The notes beneath the pieces are model-generated. The model searched no databases, had not been told where the DNA came from, and worked only from the letters and a program-made list of their open reading frames with translations. Shown piece by piece: positions 17,142 through 26,320 of a stretch of 32,000 nt of DNA. The position numbers and the translations under genes are program-made. The stretch lies in the NCBI RefSeq assembly GCF_002310835.1, contig NZ_CP011041.1, positions 1,530,001 through 1,562,000 of the forward strand, in the 5' to 3' direction. The DNA is from Pseudoalteromonas tetraodonis. Its GTDB lineage: Bacteria; Pseudomonadota; Gammaproteobacteria; Enterobacterales; Alteromonadaceae. The first letter of the stretch is position 1. The number at the start of each line of letters is the position of its first letter.

Positions 17142-19850
17142 ATGGGCAAATCGCTAGTAATTGTAGAGTCACCTGCTAAGGCTAAAACAATTAATAAATA
17201 CTTAGGTAATGATTTTATCGTTAAGTCCAGTATTGGACACGTACGAGATTTACCTACTTCAGGTTCTGGCAAAAACAAAGCACCAGCAAGCAAAACGCCT
17301 GCTGAGGTGCGTAAAATGCCACCTGATGAGAAAGCAGCGTATAAACAGCAACGTGACTATACTAACTTAGTCGCGCGAATGGGCATCGATCCTGAAAAAG
17401 GATGGGAGCCACATTACGAAATATTGCCGGGTAAAGAAAAGGTTGTTCAAGAATTACAAAAGCTTGCCCAAAATGCTGATCAAATCTATCTCGCAACGGA
17501 TTTGGATAGAGAAGGGGAAGCTATTGCTTGGCACCTTCAAGAAATTATTGGTGGCGAGCCAGAAAAATATAAGCGTGTTGTTTTTAACGAAATCACTAAA
17601 AATGCAATACAACAAGCATTCGAAACCCCAGGTGAGTTAAACACCGACATGGTTTATGCACAGCAGACCCGTCGCTTCTTAGACCGTGTTGTTGGCTTTA
17701 TGGTATCGCCCCTATTGTGGGCTAAAGTAGCGCGTGGTTTATCAGCGGGTCGAGTTCAATCTGTTGCAGTGCGTTTATTAGTTGAACGCGAACGTGAAAT
17801 TAAAGCATTTATTCCTGAAGAATTTTGGGATATTCATGCCGATGTTAAAAATAGCGAGTCTGACCTACGTTTAGAAGTCACTAAACAAGCAGACAAGCCA
17901 TTTAAGCCAGTAAATGAAGCTCAGGCTAGTGCAGCAGTTAAAAGCCTTGAGAATGCCGAATATAAAGTTGTCAGCGTTGAAGAGAAACCAAGTAAGAGCC
18001 GTCCAAGTGCGCCATTTATTACTTCAACAATGCAACAAGCAGCAAGTACCCGATTAGGTTATGGCGTTAAAAAGACCATGATGCTTGCCCAGCGTTTATA
18101 CGAGGGGGGTTATATTACTTATATGCGTACCGATTCAACTAACTTATCGAAAGATGCGGTTGAAATGTGTCGCGAATACGTAACCAATGAGTTTGGTGCC
18201 AAGTATTTACCTGCTGATCCGATTAACTATAGCTCTAAAGGTAATGCACAAGAGGCGCACGAAGCGATTCGTCCTTCTAGCGTATCAGTGCTTTCTGGGC
18301 ATGTTGAAGGTGTGGATGCCGATGCGAAAAAGCTTTATGAGCTTATTTGGCGTCAGTTTGTGGCCTGTCAAATGGTGCCAGCTGAGTACGATTTAACCAC
18401 CTTAACGGTCGCTGCCAACGATTTTACATTGAAAGCAAAAGGACGTGTTTTACGTTTTGATGGTTGGACTAAAGTGCAACCGGCAGTACGTAAAAAGAAT
18501 GAAGAAGATCAATCGCTGCCTGCTGTTAAGCAAGGCGAGGTGCTCACGTTAGTTGAGCTTGATCCTAAGCAGCACTTTACTAAGCCACCGGCTCGTTTTA
18601 GTGAAGCAAGCTTAGTTAAAGAGCTCGAGAAACGTGGGATTGGTCGTCCATCTACGTATGCCTCTATTATATCAACGATACAAGACCGTGGTTATGTACG
18701 AGTAGAAAATCGTCGCTTTTTCGCTGAAAAAATGGGGGAGATTGTCACCGATCGCCTTGTTGAAAACTTTACCGATTTAATGAACTTCGATTTTACCGCT
18801 AAAATGGAAGGCCGTTTAGATGATATCGCCGAAGGTGAGCGTGTTTGGACGCAAGTTCTCGATAAGTTTTACGCTGATTTTTCAACGCAATTGAATATTG
18901 CCAAAGGTGAACCCGATGAAGGCGGTATGCGTCTTAATCAAATGGTAGAAACCGACATTGACTGTCCAACGTGTGGCAGAAAAATGGGTATTCGTACTGC
19001 TTCTACGGGCGTATTCTTAGGATGTACTGGTTATAACTTGCCACCTAAAGAGCGCTGTACTACCACTATGAACTTAGTGTCGGGTGATGAAGCGGTTGCA
19101 GCTGATGTTGAAGACGTTGAAACAGAAACATTAATGCAAATGAAGCGCTGTCCAATTTGTGAAACAGCGATGGATTCATACCTTATCGATGAAACCCGTA
19201 AACTACACGTGTGTGGTAATAACCCAGCGTGTCATGGGCATGTGGTTGAAGAGGGTACGTTTAAAATTAAAGGTTACGACGGCCCTATTATTGAATGTGA
19301 TAAATGTGGCGCTGATATGGAATTAAAATCAGGTCGATTTGGTAAGTATTTTGGCTGTAACAATGACGAGTGTAAAAATACCCGTAAGTTATTAAAAAAT
19401 GGCGAAGCCGCGCCACCAAAAGAAGATCCCGTTCATATTCCTGAATTAGAATGTGAAAAGTCTGAAGCCTATTTTGTATTACGTGATGGTGCTGCAGGTA
19501 TTTTCTTAGCAGCAAATACGTTTCCTAAATCACGAGAAACACGCGCCCCCAAAGTAGAAGAGTTACAGCGTTTTAGAGATCGTATTTCGCCTAAGTTTTA
19601 CTACTTAGCTGATGCACCAGCTAAAGATCCTGATGGTAATCTTGCTATTGTGCGTTACAGTCGTAAGAATAAATCACAGTATGTAATGACTGAGGTTGAT
19701 GGCAAAGCAACTGGTTGGACGGCACACTACGAAGGTGGTAAATGGGTAGAAGAGGCAAAGAAAAAAGCCGCGCCTAAAAAGAAAGCCGCCGCTAAAAAAG
19801 CGCCTGCTAAAAGTAAAGCGAAAGCAAAAGTAAAAAAAGACGATGAATAA
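17142..19850 (+). CDS. topA: DNA topoisomerase I
   Basis: 902 aa. TOPRIM start [22 protein letters not shown], active-site [10 protein letters not shown], three C-terminal Cys4 zinc ribbons ([18 protein letters not shown]...[15 protein letters not shown]...CNNDEC) and a Lys/Ala-rich tail. Confidence 0.97.
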   Translation: MGKSLVIVESPAKAKTINKYLGNDFIVKSSIGHVRDLPTSGSGKNKAPASKTPAEVRKMPPDEKAAYKQQRDYTNLVARMGIDPEKGWEPHYEILPGKEKVVQELQKLAQNADQIYLATDLDREGEAIAWHLQEIIGGEPEKYKRVVFNEITKNAIQQAFETPGELNTDMVYAQQTRRFLDRVVGFMVSPLLWAKVARGLSAGRVQSVAVRLLVEREREIKAFIPEEFWDIHADVKNSESDLRLEVTKQADKPFKPVNEAQASAAVKSLENAEYKVVSVEEKPSKSRPSAPFITSTMQQAASTRLGYGVKKTMMLAQRLYEGGYITYMRTDSTNLSKDAVEMCREYVTNEFGAKYLPADPINYSSKGNAQEAHEAIRPSSVSVLSGHVEGVDADAKKLYELIWRQFVACQMVPAEYDLTTLTVAANDFTLKAKGRVLRFDGWTKVQPAVRKKNEEDQSLPAVKQGEVLTLVELDPKQHFTKPPARFSEASLVKELEKRGIGRPSTYASIISTIQDRGYVRVENRRFFAEKMGEIVTDRLVENFTDLMNFDFTAKMEGRLDDIAEGERVWTQVLDKFYADFSTQLNIAKGEPDEGGMRLNQMVETDIDCPTCGRKMGIRTASTGVFLGCTGYNLPPKERCTTTMNLVSGDEAVAADVEDVETETLMQMKRCPICETAMDSYLIDETRKLHVCGNNPACHGHVVEEGTFKIKGYDGPIIECDKCGADMELKSGRFGKYFGCNNDECKNTRKLLKNGEAAPPKEDPVHIPELECEKSEAYFVLRDGAAGIFLAANTFPKSRETRAPKVEELQRFRDRISPKFYYLADAPAKDPDGNLAIVRYSRKNKSQYVMTEVDGKATGWTAHYEGGKWVEEAKKKAAPKKKAAAKKAPAKSKAKAKVKKDDE

Positions 19851-19875
19851 TTAATTATTCACCGCTTTAAGTAAT

Positions 19876-19917
19876 AAAAAACCGGAATGCACAGCCTGGA
19901 CAGTTCCGGTTTTTTTT
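19876..19917 (+). terminator. rho-independent terminator
   Basis: aaaaaaccggaa ... ttccggtttttttt. A 7-bp GC-containing stem with a 16-nt loop, followed by T8. Confidence 0.65.
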
Positions 19918-20016
19918 GTCAAATCAAACCTATCGCAATGGCATTTCTAATCTGTTTTTTTACTTTACAGGATTAAAAAATGTAACCAATTTAGGTTCAA
20001 TTCACTCAATTATTCA

Positions 20017-20259
20017 TTAAATTTTAACAGCAGTGACTTTGTTATAGCCTTCAGATGTTAGTTCATCATTCACACACTTTAAAACATAGTTATAAAGCTC
20101 TTCATTGCTTACGTCGTCTTCTTTAGCCCAACTAACACACATTTCTGTGAATTCTTGAATCGTCTCAGCTGAAGCGTCTGTAGCATCGTTTGCCACTGCA
20201 TTAGCAGCAGATAAAACGAAAAATGGTGCAACGATTAACGCGAGTAATGCTTTATTCAT
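20017..20259 (-). CDS. small secreted protein of unknown function
   Basis: 80 aa with AGGAA Shine-Dalgarno. Signal peptide MNKALLALIVAPFFVLSAANA/VA. The mature part is acidic with two Cys. No family recognised. Confidence 0.5.
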   Translation of the reverse strand: MNKALLALIVAPFFVLSAANAVANDATDASAETIQEFTEMCVSWAKEDDVSNEELYNYVLKCVNDELTSEGYNKVTAVKI

Positions 20260-20502
20260 TTTCTTATTCCTAAAAATGGAGTAACAATCGAGTTATGCAT
20301 TCATACAATGCCTACATAAAACAAGTGTAACCAAGCCAGAACATCTCTGTTGGTATATTGATTTTTAATCGAATATAAAATAAAGGGAAACGAAATATTT
20401 TTATCGTCAAGATGAGCGTATCGCGTAAAAGTGTTTAACCTTAACTAATTGTGTTACAGCTAAATTTAGGCTAATGTCGCGTTTTAATTTTTAGGTGTTC
20501 TT

Positions 20503-21057
20503 ATGTCAGAGCCAGATACAAATAATATAAATAAAAAAATACAACCTGTTCATAAAGTAGAGCATGCTCTTGAGTCGTTTATATTCAAAGGACGCTGGTT
20601 ATTAGCCCCATTTTTTGTCGGTTTACTATTTGCTGTGGTTTTATTACTAATAAAATTTTTTAAACAGCTGTATTTGATGGGGATCGCAACGTTTACTGCC
20701 AGTAATCAAGAGTTGTTGGTGGGTATATTAACTTTGGTTGATACCGCTTTGTTAGCTGGACTTTTATTAATTATTATATTCAGTGGCTACGAAAACTTTG
20801 TCTCTAAGCTTAATATAGAAAATCATGAGGACCGTCCCGTATGGATGGGAAAAGTAGGGTTTTCTGGTTTAAAAATGAAACTGATTAGTGCAATAGTCGC
20901 CATTTCAGCCGTTGAGCTACTAAAGGTGTTTATAAGCTCTGCATCTCATTCAAGTGATGAATTACTCTGGAAAGTGCTTATACACGTTACCTTTGTTGTG
21001 TCGGGTGTACTGTTTGCATTTACTGATTACTTAAATAGTAAAACAATTAGCCATTAA
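20503..21057 (+). CDS. yqhA: UPF0114 (YqhA-family, TIGR00645) inner-membrane protein
   Basis: 184 aa with AGGTG Shine-Dalgarno. GRWLLAPFFVGLLFAVVLLLIKFF...LVDTALLAGLLLIIIFSGYENFVS...IVAISAVELLKVF is colinear with E. coli YqhA as I recall it. Confidence 0.75.
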   Translation: MSEPDTNNINKKIQPVHKVEHALESFIFKGRWLLAPFFVGLLFAVVLLLIKFFKQLYLMGIATFTASNQELLVGILTLVDTALLAGLLLIIIFSGYENFVSKLNIENHEDRPVWMGKVGFSGLKMKLISAIVAISAVELLKVFISSASHSSDELLWKVLIHVTFVVSGVLFAFTDYLNSKTISH

Positions 21058-21065
21058 AAAATGCT

Positions 21066-21096
21066 AAAAAAACCCGAGCAGTGCTCGGGTTTTTTA
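21066..21096. terminator. bidirectional rho-independent terminator between convergent yqhA and the alpha-glucosidase gene
   Basis: A7-cccgagc-agt-gctcggg-T6. The symmetric A/T flanks allow termination in both directions. Confidence 0.8.
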
Positions 21097-21110
21097 TAAT
21101 AATATAAATA

Positions 21111-22751
21111 TTAACTGCAGTGGGCGTAATAACAACCAAATGGCTCAACTGTCAGTGTTTCATTATCAAGCTTTGCGTTGTGATGAGAAAGGTCGCTATG
21201 TTCATTTTCAACACTTGCATTAATAGTAAGTTTTGCTTGTGAAGCACTCAAATTGAATACACACAACATTTTTTCATCGTTTAGAGTACGGTAAAACGCT
21301 AAGATTGGCTCTTTGGTTTGTAAAAACTCAATATCACCTTCAAGTAATACCGGCTGGTTTTTACGCCATGCCATAAATTCACGGTACGCATTTAATATTG
21401 AGTTTGAATCATTCTCTTGTTCAGCAACTGCTTGCAGTCTATGTTGTTGATCAACAGGTAACCACGGTTTTACTTCACTAAAGCCCGCATTGTGAGCATT
21501 GGCATGTGAGCTATCAAGGTTTTCCCAAGGCATTGGGGTACGACAACCATCACGGCCTTTAAAGTTTGGCCAAAACGTAATGCCGTATGGGTCTTGTAAA
21601 TCTTCAAACGCAACACTGGCTTCACCTAGCCCGAGTTCTTCACCTTGATACATACACACGCTACCACGTAACGAGGCCAATAGGGCGGTTAACATCTTAC
21701 ATTGCGCAGGGTTTACTTCACCCGTTTCGCTCCAACGACTTGCAACGCGCTCTACGTCATGGTTACTAAATGCCCAGCAAGGCCAGCCTTCAGTCATACG
21801 TTGTTCAAGTGTAGTAACGGTGTTTCTTATATATTCACTCGAGTAGTCATCAGTTAGTAGCTCAAAGCTGTAACCCATGTGCAGTTTATCGCCGCCTTGG
21901 GTGTATTCTGCCATGGTGGCTAATGAATCTTCAGATGAAATTTCACCTAGTGACACGGTTCCTGGGTATTTATTGAGCAAGGTGCGAATATCACGCATAA
22001 ACTCAATGTTTTCTGGCTGTGTGTTGTTGTAGTAGTGATACTGAAAAGCATACGGATTATCTTCACTAAAACCACGGCCCTGACGCTTTTCTTTTGGTTT
22101 TGCAGGGTTATCACGAAGCTGTGCGTCATGGTAGCAAAAGTTAATTGCATCTAACCTAAAACCATCAACGCCTTTTTTAAGCCAAAACTCAACATTATCT
22201 AATACAGCTTGGCGAACATCAGGGTTATGAAAGTTAAGATCTGGCTGTTCCGTGAAAAAGTTATGTAAGTAGTATTGTCCACGACGCGGCTCCCATTGCC
22301 ATGCACCGCCACCAAAAATTGATAACCAGTTGTTTGGTGCTGTTCCGTCTTCTTTAGCATCGGCCCATACATACCAATCAGCTTTATCGTTGGTTAAATC
22401 TTCACGGCTATCAATAAACCATTGGTGTTGATCTGAGGTGTGACTAAGCACTTGGTCTATAATAATTTTAATATCGCGTTGATGTGCTTGCGCAATGAGC
22501 TCATCAAAATCATCTAAGTTACCAAAAAGGGGGTCGATATCGCGATAGTCGCTAATATCATAACCAAAATCTTTCATAGGTGATTTAAAGAAAGGTGAGA
22601 TCCAGATAGCATCCACCCCTAAGCTTTTAATGTAATCAATGCGATTAATTATCCCTTTTAAGTCACCAATGCCATCGTTGTTGCTATCTTGAAAGCTACG
22701 CGGATAAACCTGATAAATAACCGCACCTTTATACCATTGCTTTTGGGCCAT
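21111..22751 (-). CDS. cytoplasmic GH13 alpha-glucosidase (oligo-1,6-glucosidase/maltase type)
   Basis: ATG at 22751 with GGAGAAAGG directly upstream; the track start 22769 is a GTG inside that Shine-Dalgarno context. WYKGAVIYQVYPRSFQDSNNDGIGDL. GH13 regions DQVLSHTS, GFRLDAINF, LGEISS and FSNHDV. No signal peptide. Confidence 0.88.
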   Translation of the reverse strand: MAQKQWYKGAVIYQVYPRSFQDSNNDGIGDLKGIINRIDYIKSLGVDAIWISPFFKSPMKDFGYDISDYRDIDPLFGNLDDFDELIAQAHQRDIKIIIDQVLSHTSDQHQWFIDSREDLTNDKADWYVWADAKEDGTAPNNWLSIFGGGAWQWEPRRGQYYLHNFFTEQPDLNFHNPDVRQAVLDNVEFWLKKGVDGFRLDAINFCYHDAQLRDNPAKPKEKRQGRGFSEDNPYAFQYHYYNNTQPENIEFMRDIRTLLNKYPGTVSLGEISSEDSLATMAEYTQGGDKLHMGYSFELLTDDYSSEYIRNTVTTLEQRMTEGWPCWAFSNHDVERVASRWSETGEVNPAQCKMLTALLASLRGSVCMYQGEELGLGEASVAFEDLQDPYGITFWPNFKGRDGCRTPMPWENLDSSHANAHNAGFSEVKPWLPVDQQHRLQAVAEQENDSNSILNAYREFMAWRKNQPVLLEGDIEFLQTKEPILAFYRTLNDEKMLCVFNLSASQAKLTINASVENEHSDLSHHNAKLDNETLTVEPFGCYYAHCS

Positions 22752-22822
22752 GCCTTTCTCCGTTTTCACACTGTCTTTGTGTTGTTCTTTTTTAGAGGTG
22801 TTAATCCTCGTTTATTTGAAAA

Positions 22823-22851
22823 AGCATACTTGAAGCCCGTCATACTGTAAA
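22823..22851 (-). promoter_or_regulatory. candidate sigma70 promoter of the alpha-glucosidase gene (TTTACA-17-TATGCT)
   Basis: Minus strand reads TGCATACGTATGCA-gactt-TTTACA-gtatgacgggcttcaag-TATGCT. Hexamers assigned by eye only. Confidence 0.35.
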
Positions 22852-22856
22852 AAGTC

Positions 22857-22870
22857 TGCATACGTATGCA
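22857..22870. promoter_or_regulatory. candidate operator, perfect 14-bp palindrome TGCATACGTATGCA
   Basis: Self-complementary with a central CG. About 112 nt upstream of the glucosidase ATG. One of three near-identical copies in the window. Confidence 0.55.
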
Positions 22871-23039
22871 CCGTTTTAAGGCCATTAAAAGAGGTTAAAT
22901 CAATCGCTTATTTCATCGATTTTAACGCCGGTTTATTGAATATCTCTTTACCAATTTGGTTTGTTAAATTGTTAATTTATTGTTTGCATTATTTAGGTGC
23001 TTAAAAATAAGGGGGTGCACTAAATTGGTGATTATTAAT

Positions 23040-23054
23040 ATTGGTCTTACCAAT
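23040..23054. promoter_or_regulatory. perfect 6-3-6 palindrome ATTGGTcttACCAAT (PdhR/LldR-type GntR-family operator look-alike)
   Basis: Read directly from the sequence. It matches the E. coli PdhR box AATTGGTnnnACCAATT as I recall it, at 16 of the 17 positions of the box (TATTGGTCTTACCAATT; all 12 specified positions of the 15-bp core). It overlaps a TTGTAC-16-CATAAT promoter-like pair on the plus strand. Confidence 0.4.
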
Positions 23055-23273
23055 TGTACATAAATAAATGTTCTCCATAATAATAAATTAGAAAATAAAA
23101 TAGCGTCGTGTCACTTTATTTATGTTTAATGACACACTTATTTTATCAAAAAATAAATAATGACTATCATTAAAGCTATAAATGCTAATTGCACTAAAAT
23201 AACTCATAATAAAACAGTCACTTATAAAATAGTGTGTAAATTTAATGTTAACTTAATGCGTGTGGTGTAACTT

Positions 23274-23287
23274 TGAATACGTATGCA
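23274..23287. promoter_or_regulatory. candidate operator TGAATACGTATGCA (13/14 palindromic)
   Basis: About 130 nt upstream of the TonB-dependent receptor ATG. Identical to the copy at 27878-27891. Confidence 0.55.
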
Positions 23288-23292
23288 TAAAG

Positions 23293-23322
23293 TTGTTAAT
23301 AAAATAATACGAGCGTTAATAT
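23293..23322 (+). promoter_or_regulatory. candidate sigma70 promoter of the TonB-dependent receptor gene (TTGTTA-18-TAATAT)
   Basis: The -35-like hexamer starts 5 nt after the palindrome, the same spacing as at the glucosidase promoter. Assigned by eye only. Confidence 0.3.
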
Positions 23323-23409
23323 TCATCCTGACAACAAAATAAGCTCGCAGGCTTAACTATCACTTAAGCAAGTAAGCGGGTATCACATTATGGGTAACGG
23401 GAAAACATT

Positions 23410-26202
23410 ATGGCTATGTTCAAACCAAGTATACTAACGCTAGCATTAACTGCTGCCGGACTATCAAGCTTTGCCACCACTGCGGCACAAGAAGAAACAA
23501 TAAAAAATGATGATGTAGAAATCATCGAAGTAAAAGGTTTTCGCGGTAGTGTTGTTGAATCAATTAATACTAAGCGTTTTTCAACACAGGTGGTTGAGTC
23601 AATTTCTGCAGAAGACATTGGTAAACTTCCAGATACATCTATTGCTGAGTCAATTGCACGCTTACCTGGTTTAACAGCCCAGCGTCTTGATGGCCGTGCT
23701 AGTCGTGTAAGTGTTCGTGGTTTTAGCGAAAACGAAAGCGCAACCACATTTAATGGTCGTGAGCAAGTATCGATTGGTGACAACCGTGGTGTTGAGTTTG
23801 ACCTTTACCCATCAGAAATAATGAGCGGCGTAACCGTTTATAAAACACCAAGTGCTAGCATTGAAGCAGAAGGTATTGCCGGTGTAATCGACATGCAAAC
23901 GGTAAAGCCTTTAAGTAAAGGCGAGCGCGTGATCATGTTTAATGGTCAGTTAGAGCAGTCAGGTTTTGATAAGCTAAACCCTGATGGTGATGATAAAGGC
24001 TTTCGTGGCACGGTTTCATACATTGATCAGTTTGCAGATGACACTATAGGTGTTGCATTTGCTTACAACACAATGAGCTCACCAAATCAAGAAAAACGCT
24101 GGAATTCTTGGGGATACCCTGAATTCGACGTTGATGGACAGAATTATTCAATCTTAGGCGGCGCTAAACCATTCGTACGTTCATCAACACTTGAACGTGA
24201 TTCAGCGATGCTAGTAGTGGAAGCTGCACCAAATGATCGTCTAAACATGACGTTTGATGCGTTATATGTAGATTTTAACGATGAAAAAATCTTACGTGGT
24301 ATTGAAGTACCTTTCGCCTGGGGTCAAGGTAGCATCGACCCGAATAGTGTTACTGTAGATGAACAGTCTGGCTTTATCACCAGTGCAACAACGCAAGGTC
24401 AACGCGTTGTAGTTCGCAATGATGTTGAAGAACGTGATGCTGAATTAACGCAATTTGGATTTAATACTAAATATGACATTGACGATTCATGGTCGGTAGA
24501 GTTTGATGCGAGCTTATCTGAAGTTGAGCGTAAGGACTGGAGCTTACAAAGTTATTCTGGCACAGGCCGTGGCGATGCAAACGGTATTGCTGACAACATT
24601 GGTTACTCACTTGATGGCGGCAATACCGGCGCCAAATTTAGCCACGAGTTAGATTATAGTGATTATGCTTTAATTCAGTTAGGTGGTCCTTTGTCATGGG
24701 GAACCAGCTCAGCGCTAAATAATAAGTACGGCTTAAATGATACGGCTTATCAAAACACCGCACAAGATGGCTTTATTAATGCACCTGAAGTTAATGATGA
24801 ACTACATACTTTAAAACTAGCAGCAAGCAAGCTATTAGAAAACGATTACTTAAGCAAAGTAAGTTTTGGTATGTCATATCGCGACCGCGAGAAGAGTAAA
24901 AAGTCTGAAGGGTATTACTTAACATTAAGCGATTTCTCATTAGATAATCCTGGTACGCTTGTCGTTCCAGATCAATATCGCCTCGGAACAGCTAGCTTAG
25001 GCTTTATCGGTATGGGGGATATGATTGCCTATGATACCCGTGCACTAGTTGACGATGGATATTATGACTCAATTCAAGAAAGTTTAACGGATATAAAACA
25101 CACTACGCAGTCGTACACAGTTCAAGAAAAAGTTACGGCGTTTTTTGTTCAAGCTGATATTAATGCTGAAGTAGGTGAACTACCATTAACAGGTAACTTT
25201 GGTGTTCGCTATGTTAGAACTGAGCAATCTTCGCAAGGTTTTGCGGCTGTGCCGAATGACGTGACTGGTCTAGTTGACGCCGTTCCTAACAATGTGTCAC
25301 ACGATTATAGTCATGTTTTACCTAGTCTTAATTTATCTTTAGCGCTAGATGAAAATCAAACTGTGCGTTTTGGTGCCGCTAAAACTATCTCACGAGCCCG
25401 CCTAGATGAAATGAATGCTTCTGTTAATGCGAGCTACAATTCTGAGCGTCCTGATGAGAATGGCAACTATTGGTCAGTATCTGGTGGTAATCCTACACTT
25501 GAACCAAAAGAAGCAACGGGTTTTGATTTTACTTATGAAAACTACTTTAGTGCAGAAGGATACTTCTCAGCGGCTGTATTTTATAAAGACTTAAGCCAAT
25601 GGATATTTGATGGTGTATACGAAGTTGATATGTCAGGAGTTGCTAACCCTTCAACGGGTGAGATACCAGAGAATAGTACCGGTACTGGATCAGGTAAAGT
25701 GAATGGCGGTGGTGGAGATCTTTGGGGCTATGAATTGTCTCTTGCTCTACCGTTTAATATTTTTAGTGATTCATTAGAAGGTTTTGGTTTAATTGCCAGC
25801 CATACAGGTATTGAACAAGATATTGAAGATCAAAACGGTAATGAATACGAATTACCTGGTTTGTCGGATAAAATTGAAAGCATAACTTTTTATTATGAAA
25901 ACTATGGCTTCCAAGCACGTACTAGTATGCGTAAGCGTAGCGACTTTAAAGGTGATATTTACAACGCAGGTTATGAAACTCAGCAAGTGAATATCTTAGG
26001 TGAAACAATTTGGGACGTACAAGTTGGTTACGATTTTGGCGAAGCAGGTGTTGAGAGCTTAGATGGCTTAAATGTGACATTCCAAGTACAAAATATCACT
26101 GAAGAACCATTTACAACACTAAGTGGTGATAATGCTTTACAAGTGCGTGATTACCAAGATTATGGGCGTAACTTTATTCTTGGATTTAGCTACAAGCTTT
26201 AA
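23410..26202 (+). CDS. TonB-dependent outer-membrane receptor (Xanthomonas/Caulobacter/Alteromonadales carbohydrate-type subfamily), probable maltodextrin receptor
   Basis: 930 aa. Signal peptide ...SSFATTAA/QEE, TonB-box-like DVEIIEVKG, plug motifs (ISAEDIGKLPDTSIAESIARLPG, RVSVRGF), a long beta-barrel and C-terminal NFILGFSYKL. Substrate is inferred from the neighbouring genes. Confidence 0.9.
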   Translation: MAMFKPSILTLALTAAGLSSFATTAAQEETIKNDDVEIIEVKGFRGSVVESINTKRFSTQVVESISAEDIGKLPDTSIAESIARLPGLTAQRLDGRASRVSVRGFSENESATTFNGREQVSIGDNRGVEFDLYPSEIMSGVTVYKTPSASIEAEGIAGVIDMQTVKPLSKGERVIMFNGQLEQSGFDKLNPDGDDKGFRGTVSYIDQFADDTIGVAFAYNTMSSPNQEKRWNSWGYPEFDVDGQNYSILGGAKPFVRSSTLERDSAMLVVEAAPNDRLNMTFDALYVDFNDEKILRGIEVPFAWGQGSIDPNSVTVDEQSGFITSATTQGQRVVVRNDVEERDAELTQFGFNTKYDIDDSWSVEFDASLSEVERKDWSLQSYSGTGRGDANGIADNIGYSLDGGNTGAKFSHELDYSDYALIQLGGPLSWGTSSALNNKYGLNDTAYQNTAQDGFINAPEVNDELHTLKLAASKLLENDYLSKVSFGMSYRDREKSKKSEGYYLTLSDFSLDNPGTLVVPDQYRLGTASLGFIGMGDMIAYDTRALVDDGYYDSIQESLTDIKHTTQSYTVQEKVTAFFVQADINAEVGELPLTGNFGVRYVRTEQSSQGFAAVPNDVTGLVDAVPNNVSHDYSHVLPSLNLSLALDENQTVRFGAAKTISRARLDEMNASVNASYNSERPDENGNYWSVSGGNPTLEPKEATGFDFTYENYFSAEGYFSAAVFYKDLSQWIFDGVYEVDMSGVANPSTGEIPENSTGTGSGKVNGGGGDLWGYELSLALPFNIFSDSLEGFGLIASHTGIEQDIEDQNGNEYELPGLSDKIESITFYYENYGFQARTSMRKRSDFKGDIYNAGYETQQVNILGETIWDVQVGYDFGEAGVESLDGLNVTFQVQNITEEPFTTLSGDNALQVRDYQDYGRNFILGFSYKL

Positions 26203-26223
26203 CTGAAATTTAGTTAAGTTATT

Positions 26224-26256
26224 AGCCCTTGTAATTAGTTTTACAAGGGCTTTTTT
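26224..26256 (+). terminator. strong rho-independent terminator after the receptor gene
   Basis: agcccttgtaa-ttagtt-ttacaagggct hairpin (11-bp perfect stem) followed by T6, 22 nt after the stop at 26202. Confidence 0.8.
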
Positions 26257-26320
26257 ATAACTACCTTACCTAAGTTTTATCAAACTTTTTAAATTCTGAT
26301 TTAAAAAAGTGAGCAATAAT

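Noticed and set aside
23161-23271. 36-codon ATG ORF (MTIIKAINANCTK...) in the long intergenic gap.
   Set aside because: It has no Shine-Dalgarno. In an AT-rich non-coding context its length is unremarkable by chance. It would need ribosome profiling to be revived.
23388-23783. 131-aa minus-strand ORF overlapping the start of the TonB-dependent receptor gene. Similar small antisense ORFs lie in the halogenase, amylase, glucosidase and MFS genes.
   Set aside because: They are embedded antisense to strongly supported CDSs and have no motifs.
26197-26202. The TonB-dependent receptor ends in ...SYKL rather than the usual terminal aromatic residue.
   Set aside because: The alternating hydrophobic pattern of the C-terminal beta-strand is kept (F-S-Y-K-L), so it is probably within normal variation. 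I cannot assess it further without an alignment.
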